In this document: one piece after another, positions 56,125 through 64,000 of the stretch
Position numbering within the stretch: position 1 is the first letter of the stretch
Layout: every line of letters begins with the position of its first letter
Source: Alphaproteobacteria bacterium
GTDB lineage: Bacteria; Pseudomonadota; Alphaproteobacteria; MPNO01; UBA830
Length of the DNA stretch: 64,000 nucleotides
Assembly: GCA_964291215.2 (NCBI GenBank)
Contig: OZ219791.1
Coordinates: forward strand, 2,752,001 to 2,816,000
Reading direction: 5' to 3'
Notes under the pieces: generated by a model
Seen by the model: the letters and a program-made list of their open reading frames with translations, nothing else
What the model was told of the DNA's origin: nothing
Database searches by the model: none
Translations under genes and position numbers: made by a program

Positions 56125-56815
56125 TCGGTGACGACATGGAGCGATCGGGTCCTGCCGTCGACCCGGAAGCCGGTTTCGTCGACATGCAGGGCCGGGCGTT
56201 CCGGCAGCTCGGCGATGGCGGCCTGGAGTGCAGCGCGTCATGCAGGCGCCTGACGCAGGCGAGGCAGGTGGCCTCGTAGAGCCTGAGCCCGGAGACCGCC
56301 TGCACCAGCGCGACGGCGCAGGGACAGCATTTGGGCGACCGGCAGGTTGATGACGAAGGCCTGCAGACCGACGCCGTATTGCAGCGGCCCGGGCATGGTC
56401 TCGGGAAACCGCCCCCGGCAATCCGGGCATTCCTTGACCTCGGCGTCGATGCGGCGCTCGATGACCTCGAAGACGATGTCGTACGACGCTCCCGGTCGAC
56501 AGCCTCGACGCCATCGAGGCCGCAGGCCTCGACGGCGACCGTCTCCTCGACGATGGTCTTCCAGAGGTTGTCGCCCGTCTGCAGGTTCGGCTTCGGGCCC
56601 TTGCCGCTGGCGCCCTTGCGCCGCTCGTCCTTGTCCGTCTGCGACGGCGCAAGGCCGGAGTTGGCGCCGGTGGGTCGTCTTCTCCAGCAGGACGGCAATC
56701 AGGATGCTCACCAAGGTGGACAGCACGCGGATCACGTCATCGGCCTCTCCGGATATCTTGCCGGCAGCGCCGCGATCCTGGCCGCCTCGAACTCCTCGCG
56801 CAGCGACGCCGCGTC
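56125..56815 (-). mobile_element. IS66-family transposase remnant, cut by the intron
   Basis: SLREEFEAAR, NSGLAPSQTDK, KECPDCRG, PGPLQYG, LHVDETGFRVDG. Confidence 0.8.
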
Positions 56816-57273
56816 GCCCGGCGGCATCTTCCGGTACCCCGCCGCCTGGCCTTGCGCCTGATGCGCTGACGGTCCGTGCGGTTCCGTCCGACATCGCCGG
56901 CCGAGTGCATCCGCCCGGGCTCGAAGTCGAGCCACCTCGGTGCGGACCCGGGGCGTCACCTGCACGGCGATGCGGCGCCAGTCCCGCAGCAGGTCGTCGT
57001 ACAACGCCGAGGCGCGGCCCGAGACCATCGCCTGACACGGCAGCCCCTTGAGCAGTTCAAGGAGTTCGACATGGTTGGCTTCGGTGCAGTCGTGACGGTA
57101 CCGCCGCTTCGATCGGCGGGTCGCCTGCAGGGGTCGCTGCAGACCAGTTTCGTGCCCCGGAACGCAAGGCCGGCCAGGAACGCGTGGGCGCAGCCGTGGA
57201 TCAGTTCCACCGGATAATCGCACCCGAACCCGTCCAGCGATCGCCGGTCGATCCCGATCGAGCGCAAGGCCGG
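56815..57273 (-). pseudogene. Central/C-terminal part of the Dam/D12-class methyltransferase passenger
   Basis: PALRSIGID, ELIHGCAHAFL, LVCSDP (DPPY site broken by a frameshifting deletion near 57130), RRYRHD, MVSG..SALYDDLL. Confidence 0.65.
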
Positions 57274-58569
57274 GTGATGGCGACGGTCAACGCGGCGCGC
57301 GAGGAGTTCGAAGCGGCCAAGACCGCGGCGCTGCGTGCGGCCGGCAAGGTGGCGGAAGAGGCCGTCATCCGCGTCCTTGTCATCCTGCTCGACATCATCA
57401 TCGTCGTCCTTCTGGAGAAGACCACGCGCAAAACGAGCCGGAACTCCGGTCTGCCGCCGTCACAGACGGACAAGAGCGTGCCGGAAGCAACGGCAAGGGC
57501 CCGAAGCCGAACCGGCAGATGGGCGACAACCTGCGCAAGACCATCGTCGAGGAAACGGTTGCGGCCTGCGACGCCTGCGGCGCTGACATCGACGGCCCCG
57601 TCGATCGGGAGCGCCGCGTCCTCTATGACATCGTGTTCGAGGTCGTCGAGCGCCGCGCCGAGATCAAGGAATGCCCGAAGTGCAAGGGCCGGTTCCCCGA
57701 CAACATCCCGTGCAGTACGGCATCCAGGCCCTCGTCATCAACCTGCTGGTCGCCCAGATGCTATCCCTGCGCCGTCGCGTTCGTGCAGGCGATCTCCGGC
57801 ATCAAGCTCTCCGAGGCAACCTGCCTCGGCTATGCTTTCACGATGCGTCATGGGAGGAGGCCGCCGTGGCGCACCTCCTGCAACGCCCAGCCCTGCATGT
57901 CGACGAGACCGGATTTCGGATCAACAGTAAGTGGCTCCATGTCGTGGGACCCTGACGTGCAAGTTCCCGCACCGCAAGCGCGGGCAAGAGATCGGCCCGT
58001 GCTACAAGGGCGTCCTGGGCCTCGTACATGGGCCAGTGTAGCCACCAGCTGTGCGGTAGCCACCTGCTGCGCGAACTGACCTTTGTCGTCGAGGCTACCG
58101 CGCGACTGATGAAGAGCCTGCTCCGCGAGGTCTGCCACAAGGTCAACAAGAGCGCATCTAAAACCCTGAACGACGCCGGGCCGTGCGCAAGCGCTACCGC
58201 ACCATCAGGGCGCCAAGGAACTGCCCGACATTCCGCCGCCGCCGAAAGGAAAACGTGGACGCAAGTCCGACGCGCACAACCTGCACGAACGTCTCGTGAA
58301 ACACGAAAACCTGCGCTTCACAGACGACCCCAACGTCAGCTTCACCAACAATGCCGGAGAACAGAAGATCAGGATGGCAAAGGTCAAGGTGTCCGGGTGC
58401 TTCCGCTCCACGCAAAAGCATGGTGCCGGGGCTCAAGCTACCTCACCTCCATGGCCGCACTCGGCTACAACCCACTCGTCGCCACCCAGATCGCCCTCGA
58501 CGGAAAAGCCGCAGACATCATCAACGAGCACTATGGCCAATCAGAATCCAACTAGGGGTGAGTAGATAC
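57274..58569 (+). mobile_element. IS66-family element, degenerate; close relative of 19590-20802
   Basis: Collinear with 19590-20802; right end GGGGTGAGTAGATAC. Confidence 0.82.
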
Positions 58570-58688
58570 CTGGTTTGAATGTTCATCCTCAGCCAGTTCG
58601 CGCCGCAGTGCTGGCAAAGCGCAGCCGTCCAGGCGCCGTTCCGGCAGGGTGGCCGTCCAGCGGAAGTGAACGGGTTGCCGCCGGCCGG

Positions 58689-59144
58689 TCAGTTGCGGTT
58701 CTCGTACTGTTCCAGGCCCTCGATGGCGTCGAGATTCTCGGCGCGCCCGCGAAGTTCGATGACATTGCGGTCGGGGTCCCTGACGAAAACCGAGACATGG
58801 CTTCCGCGCTCAAACATTACCGGCCCCTGGGTGATCGTGATGCCGTGCTCCTTGAGCAGCCTGATGGTGTCGGCGATCGAGGATACCCGAAGCGCGAGAT
58901 GCGTCATGCCTGCGTACTTGGTGTCGATATCCATGAGGATGTTGCTGCCGTCATGTTCGGGCGCGGCATTGACGACCAGATTGATCTCGACGTTCTGGGC
59001 GTTGCGGATGATGATCACCGGATCGAAGGTAATCCGCTTCTCAACCTTGAAGCCCAACACCTCGTAGAAGCCCAGCGCACGCTCCGCGTCCGCGACCCGG
59101 ATACCGACATGGTCGACCTGCTCGATGCCGATCGTCTCCGTCAT
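58689..59144 (-). CDS. VOC/glyoxalase-family protein
   Basis: VDHVGIRV, FYEVLGF, THLALRV, FVRDPDRNVIEL. Confidence 0.88.
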   Translation of the reverse strand: MTETIGIEQVDHVGIRVADAERALGFYEVLGFKVEKRITFDPVIIIRNAQNVEINLVVNAAPEHDGSNILMDIDTKYAGMTHLALRVSSIADTIRLLKEHGITITQGPVMFERGSHVSVFVRDPDRNVIELRGRAENLDAIEGLEQYENRN

Positions 59145-60796
59145 GTGTTACTCCTGTCGACCGCCGGAGCGCCGGTTCCGGCGGGCTTCAGCGTTTCGCG
59201 CCCGCGCAGAATGTCCGACATGCGTTCGGCAAACATGATTATCGGCGCGTTGATGTTTCCCCCCACCATGTCGGGGAAGACCGAGCCGTCGATAACGCGA
59301 AGGTTCTCGGCGCCCCGCACACGCAGTTCGGGATCGACAACGGCCGCTTCGTCGCTGTCCGGGCCCATCTTGCAGGTGCCGAGCGGATGATGCGCGGTCC
59401 ACGCCGTGCGCTTGATGAAATCGTCGAGCGGTTCGTCCCGCGGCTGAATTTCGCGTCCGCGGAATTTATCGAGCGCTTCCTGGCGTGCGATCTCCCTCAC
59501 TATCCCGATGCCGTCGCGGAGCGTCTGCCAGTCCTCCGGTTCGGTCAGGAAGTTCTGGTGGATCTGCATGTGATCGGCGGGGTTGGCTGATCTCAGCGTC
59601 AGTTCGCCGACGCTCTTGGGGTGCAGCAGGACTGGCCGCACCATGAAGGCGTCGTTCGGCTTGGGCCGGAGGCCGGGGAACCAGGGTTTGGATTCGGGCG
59701 GAATGAAGCGCGCGAGCAACTGGATGTCGGGTTGCGCGAGTCCGTCTTTCGAATGGATGAAACCCGTGAGCGGGCCCGGCATCTCGGTGGCGAATCCGGT
59801 GCCGAAGAAGTACGCGCGAGCCATGGCAAGCGCAATCCGGTCGTAGCGAAGAAGCCCGACGAATGGACCGTCGCCGTTGCGCTCGTATTCGACGCCGACC
59901 GAGAGGTGGTCCTGGAGGTTGCAGCCCACGCCCTTCGAGTCGATCACCGTATCGATGCCATGCGCCTTCACGCGGTTGCCGTCGCCGATCCCCGACAGCA
60001 TCAGCAGCTGCGGCGAGTTTATGACCCCGCCCGAAAGGATGACCTCGCGCTCCGCCCGCGCCACCGTCGTCCCGCGGCCTCCGGTGGAATACTCGATGCC
60101 CGTCGCCCTCGCGCCCTCGAGAATGACCCGGTGCGCCAGCGCCCGCGTCACCACGGTCAGGTTGGCGCGCTTCATCGCCGGGCGCAGATAGGCGACCGCG
60201 GCGCTGCACCGGCGGCCGTTGCGGATGGTCGACTGGAACGTGCCGAGGCCTTCGTTGGTCGCGCCGTTATAGTCGGACGTGGTTCCGTATCCGGCCGACT
60301 CGCCGGCCGCGAGCCACGCCGCCAGCAGAGGATCAGGATACTTGTTCTCTATCGTCGTCAGCGGGCCTCCGGAGCCGCGATAGTCGTCTTCACCACCTTC
60401 CCAGTCCTCCGATTTCCGGAAATACGGCAGGCACTCGTCATAGGACCAGCCCGTGCAGCCGTTCCGGCTCCAGCGGTCATAGTCCTCGCGGTGGCCGCGC
60501 ACATAGCCCATGGCGTTGATCGATGAAGAGCCGCCGAGCACCTTGCCGCGTGCGCACTCGACCTCGCGCCCGTCGAACTGGGCTTCGGGCTCCGTGAAAT
60601 AGCCCCAGTCGAACAGCCGCTCGAACAGAATCTTGCCCCAGCCGAGAGGGATCGTGATGTAGGGATGGCGGTCGCTGCCGCCGGCCTCGATGACCAGCAC
60701 CCGGGTATCCGGATCCTCGGTCAGGCGGTTGGCAAGCGTGCAGCCGGCCGAGCCGGCGCCGACGATCACGTAGTCATAGCTGTTGCCGTTGCTCAT
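59141..60796 (-). CDS. GMC-family oxidoreductase (choline dehydrogenase-like)
   Basis: YDYVIVGAGSAG, RGKVLGGSSSINAM, NLQDH, HHPLGTCKMG, GNINAP. Confidence 0.92.
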   Translation of the reverse strand: MSNGNSYDYVIVGAGSAGCTLANRLTEDPDTRVLVIEAGGSDRHPYITIPLGWGKILFERLFDWGYFTEPEAQFDGREVECARGKVLGGSSSINAMGYVRGHREDYDRWSRNGCTGWSYDECLPYFRKSEDWEGGEDDYRGSGGPLTTIENKYPDPLLAAWLAAGESAGYGTTSDYNGATNEGLGTFQSTIRNGRRCSAAVAYLRPAMKRANLTVVTRALAHRVILEGARATGIEYSTGGRGTTVARAEREVILSGGVINSPQLLMLSGIGDGNRVKAHGIDTVIDSKGVGCNLQDHLSVGVEYERNGDGPFVGLLRYDRIALAMARAYFFGTGFATEMPGPLTGFIHSKDGLAQPDIQLLARFIPPESKPWFPGLRPKPNDAFMVRPVLLHPKSVGELTLRSANPADHMQIHQNFLTEPEDWQTLRDGIGIVREIARQEALDKFRGREIQPRDEPLDDFIKRTAWTAHHPLGTCKMGPDSDEAAVVDPELRVRGAENLRVIDGSVFPDMVGGNINAPIIMFAERMSDILRGRETLKPAGTGAPAVDRSNT

Positions 60797-60975
60797 CGCG
60801 CTCCTTCTTTCCGTGCGCCCAGGCGCCGCCATTCTGGCCGGTGCTGAGGTTGCCGTCCAGCACCGGGCCCAGGACACGGCCGCATCGCGGGCCGGCGCGT
60901 GAACCGGGATCCGGGCTCGGCCGCGAAGCCGGCTGGAAGCGGCGGCGGGCGCGGATACGGCCCGAGGGGCCGACC

Positions 60976-62316
60976 TCAGCGGCGCTGCCCCGTATCCTTG
61001 AGGCCGCGGAGCGCCTTTTCGGCAGCCTTGGTGTCGGCGATGCCGGCCTTGCGGTCGACCGGGACTGTCTCCTTCTGGCCGGCCTTCGGAAGCTTCTCGA
61101 ACGGGTAGACGGCGATCTTGTCGTTTCCTGCCGACGTGTCGCGGTCGAGGACGAGGTCCCTGGCGTTGGTCTTGCCGCTTCGCATTGCGCGGCCGTGCTT
61201 CTTCGCCGTCTCCAGGTCGAGCCACCACTTGCCGGCCACGTTGCGCCGGCCGAAGCCCATCTTGTCGTCGAGCCAGATCAGGAACCGACGTGACCAGGGG
61301 AGGCGGATCGCGGCCCACATCGCAAGCCGGTGCTGCAGCAGCCCTTCCTTGTTCCAGGGGCACATCTTCATGCACCTGCCGCAGGAGGAACCCTTGAGGT
61401 TCGTGACCCGGTACTTGGTGCATTTCTCGACATCGGGCTTCCAAGTCTCGTAGCCGTTGTAGAGCACTTTCTCCCCGTAGGGGATGGCCTGGGCAGGGCA
61501 TTCGCGGGCGCACTTCATGCACTTGGCGCAGAAGTCCTGCAGCCCGAAGTCTATCGGCTTGTCGACCGTCATCGGAAGGTTGGTCGTGATTATCGCCGTC
61601 TTGTGGCGCGGCCCGACGAACGGGTTGAGCACGAGTTCGCCGATGCGGCTCATTTCGCCGAGCCCGGCCAGCAGCATCAGCGGAATCTGCAGCACATCGC
61701 CGTCGGCGTTGGAATGCGCCTGCGCCTCGTAGCCCAGCCGGCGGATGTAGTCGGCAACGACGACCGAGATCGTCGAGCCCTTGAGATAGGCGCGGTAGCT
61801 CTGGGCACCCGAGATCCAGTCGTCGCCCGAAGACGCCTCAAGGGTCTCCCAGCGCTGGTCGACGACCACGACGATGGCGTATTTGTGCTTCGCCTCTATG
61901 GGCTCACCGTCCATGTCGTGGCTGTACCAGGCCCATTCCGGGCACTCGCAAATGCCGACGATGTCGGCATCGAGGAAGTGGCAGAGCGCCTTGATGTGCT
62001 TCGCCATCCCCTCGGGATCGGAGGGAAGTTCGGCCGGTTCCGCATAGGGATCGCCCCGGTGGGTGGGGACCTGGGTCCAGTGCACATGGCCCATCGCAGC
62101 GTTGAGCGGATTCTTGGTGATAAAGCGGCGTATCTCCTTGCCGGCCGTCGGTCCGAGGTCGCCGAAAAAGGCGCGCACGAAGAATCCGGCCCGTTTCGGA
62201 ACCCGTTCTATGCTGTCGGTGATCAGCGTCGTCGGCCGGTCGACCCGGGGGATCTTCTCCATCGGGAAGCGGCCCATGTAGAGTGGCCGTCCGCGCCGTG
62301 AGAGTATGCCCAGCAT
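60976..62316 (-). CDS. rdhA: Cobalamin/2x[4Fe-4S] reductive dehalogenase, catabolic (cytoplasmic) type
   Basis: ADIVGIC, SYRAY, IRRLGYEAQAH, AGLGEMSRIG, PFVGPRHK, DKPIDFG, CAKCMKCARECP, C..SCGRCMKMCPW; no evident TAT leader. Confidence 0.85.
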   Translation of the reverse strand: MLGILSRRGRPLYMGRFPMEKIPRVDRPTTLITDSIERVPKRAGFFVRAFFGDLGPTAGKEIRRFITKNPLNAAMGHVHWTQVPTHRGDPYAEPAELPSDPEGMAKHIKALCHFLDADIVGICECPEWAWYSHDMDGEPIEAKHKYAIVVVVDQRWETLEASSGDDWISGAQSYRAYLKGSTISVVVADYIRRLGYEAQAHSNADGDVLQIPLMLLAGLGEMSRIGELVLNPFVGPRHKTAIITTNLPMTVDKPIDFGLQDFCAKCMKCARECPAQAIPYGEKVLYNGYETWKPDVEKCTKYRVTNLKGSSCGRCMKMCPWNKEGLLQHRLAMWAAIRLPWSRRFLIWLDDKMGFGRRNVAGKWWLDLETAKKHGRAMRSGKTNARDLVLDRDTSAGNDKIAVYPFEKLPKAGQKETVPVDRKAGIADTKAAEKALRGLKDTGQRR

Positions 62317-62338
62317 TCCTGACCTCCCGGGCGCCGCT

Positions 62339-63148
62339 TCAGGGCAGGCGCACGACGGGATCGTCGCTTCGTGCGCGCCGATCGAGGAAGCGCGCGAGCG
62401 CTTCCCTGAAATAGGGATGGCCGACCGACTCCATCACGTTCTGGATCTCGAATTCCGTGGCTTCCTCGATCGACCGGCGCCAGCCCATGTGGAAACTCTC
62501 CCTGGCCATGGCCTGAAGATGGGTGGGTCCGGCCGCAAGATCTCTGGCGACCGACCAGGCATCGGCCTCGAACCGGTCGCGGCCGTAGATCCGGTTGACG
62601 ATCTGCCACTCAAGCGCTTCGCGAGCGTCAAGGGCGCGGTTGGTCAGCATCAGTTCCATGGCGCGACGGAAGCCGACGATCTTGACCAGCGAATAGCTCG
62701 TCGTGGCATCGTTGGCGAGGCCTATCGAATGCCAAGCACAGAGGAAGCGGGCATCGTCGGTGCACACCACGATGTCCGAACAGAGCGCTATGCCGAGCCC
62801 GGAGCCGGCCGCGACGCCGTTGACGGCAGAGAATACCGGTTTTCGCAACCGCACGATAAGGTGGAACACTTGGTGCCACCACATCGCCAGTTCCCGGAAG
62901 TGGGGGCTGATTCCCTCGTCAGTCGCCGGGATTTCCTTGAGGTTGAAACCCGAACAGAAGGCATCTCCAGCACCTGTGAACATCACGGCTCCGACCGTGT
63001 CGTCGGCCTCGGCCCGAAAAAGTGCGTCATGGGTTTCACGGACGCCCGCAAGATCGAGCGCGTTGGCGTATTGCGGCAGGTTGAACACCACCCTGGCAAC
63101 GCCGTCAGTCACCTCGTAGCGGATGCTGTTGTAAGTTGCAGTGTTCAA
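62339..63148 (-). CDS. fcbB: 4-chlorobenzoyl-CoA dehalogenase homolog (crotonase fold)
   Basis: End-to-end similarity, from memory, to the Pseudomonas CBS-3 enzyme: WWHQ (His90), CAWH (Trp137), GLAND (Asp145), TSYSL, RRAMELMLTNR, PTHLQ, TEFEIQNV. Confidence 0.9.
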   Translation of the reverse strand: MNTATYNSIRYEVTDGVARVVFNLPQYANALDLAGVRETHDALFRAEADDTVGAVMFTGAGDAFCSGFNLKEIPATDEGISPHFRELAMWWHQVFHLIVRLRKPVFSAVNGVAAGSGLGIALCSDIVVCTDDARFLCAWHSIGLANDATTSYSLVKIVGFRRAMELMLTNRALDAREALEWQIVNRIYGRDRFEADAWSVARDLAAGPTHLQAMARESFHMGWRRSIEEATEFEIQNVMESVGHPYFREALARFLDRRARSDDPVVRLP

Positions 63149-63538
63149 GATGGGCCCCGTCTGCGGTTTCGATCATTGAGCGACGCAGGATATGGCGCAG
63201 TACCGCGTCCGTCCAGAGAGGAGATTTGGCGGCTCGCTGCTCAATCCTGCCACGAGGAGCCGTTCTCAGAAGTTCAGGAACACGGAATGATCCGCCGACG
63301 GACTTCCGGGCCGCTTCCTTCCAGGCGTCCGCAGCGCCGCCGGGTTTCCGCCGCACAGGCCGGGAGTCTGGCCGGTCCGGTCGACTCGTCGGGCCGGAGT
63401 CAGCGCGTCGGAAGCACGGGGGCTACGAGCGTCCGTCCGTCCCCCGGCTCCCCTTCTCGCCGGACAGCTGGAACGCGATGTCCGGCGGAACCCTTTCGTG
63501 GACAAGCGCCTTGCCGGCAGGCCGCGCCCCGCTGGCGG

Positions 63539-64000
63539 TCATTCAGCTGCTTCGCGGTGTCCGATCGCCGCATTGACCGCCGGCATGACCTTCTCGGCCA
63601 TCAGCTCCATCGACCGCCTGCCGAGCGCCTTGTCCTCCCAGTCCTTGCCGGCGTAAAGAAGCGTCCCGAATTCCCCGGTTACCTCACGGAACGCCAGCAG
63701 CTGGTCGATCACCGAGTTCACGTCGCCGGCGATGACGAGGCTGTCGACCACGAAGTCCAGCGTCAGCCGGTCGTCGGGGAACTCCCGCTCGGGCTTGAAC
63801 ACCTCATGGCGGTTGGCCTTCTTCAGCTTGGTGAACAGCTGCCTGTAGTAGAACCGGTAAGGGCTGCGTTCGCTGTCCCGCCCGTACTCCAGCGCTGTCG
63901 CATGATCGTCATGGACGAAGATCGAGCGGGCGATCCGCCAGTCGGCGGGATCGGCCGTGCGCCCGGCCTCGGAACAGCCCTGTGCGTAGTTGGTCCAGTG
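63539..64000 (-). CDS. LLM-class (luciferase-like) flavin-dependent oxidoreductase, 3' part only
   Basis: Frame open to the window edge; WRIARSIFV, GEFGTLLYAG, SMELMAEKVMP. Confidence 0.75.
   Translation of the reverse strand, partial: HWTNYAQGCSEAGRTADPADWRIARSIFVHDDHATALEYGRDSERSPYRFYYRQLFTKLKKANRHEVFKPEREFPDDRLTLDFVVDSLVIAGDVNSVIDQLLAFREVTGEFGTLLYAGKDWEDKALGRRSMELMAEKVMPAVNAAIGHREAAE

Overview
A GC-rich bacterial chromosome segment. Gene content (nrdAB without ATP cone, thrS-infC, FzlA-like GST, TRAP transporter, kynA-kynU) points to an alphaproteobacterium. The heavy IS load and an AAA-ATPase/PD-(D/E)XK gene suggest a host-associated, possibly marine-invertebrate symbiont; this is inference only. 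Intact housekeeping and metabolic blocks alternate with three mobile-element graveyards (about 5.1-11.2 kb, 18.1-22.8 kb, 46.8-58.6 kb) holding IS66, IS630, IS3, IS256, IS4 and ISKra4-like remnants, a MITE and two group II intron relics. Main points: (1) a cluster at the right edge placing a 4-chlorobenzoyl-CoA (hydrolytic) dehalogenase homolog next to a cobalamin/[4Fe-4S] reductive dehalogenase, with GMC, VOC and LLM genes; (2) the protein-coding mobile elements and both intron relics are riddled with short deletions, several at microhomologies and recurring between copies, while most neighbouring genes are intact; (3) a destroyed SNF2-DUF3883/DUF1156 defence operon that still carries an intact Schlafen/AlbA plus ParA-like ATPase pair; (4) an IS66-type element with a Dam-like methyltransferase passenger; (5) repeat-bounded glycosyltransferase units. 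All calls come from motif recognition by eye; no database searches were run, and boundaries of decayed elements are approximate.
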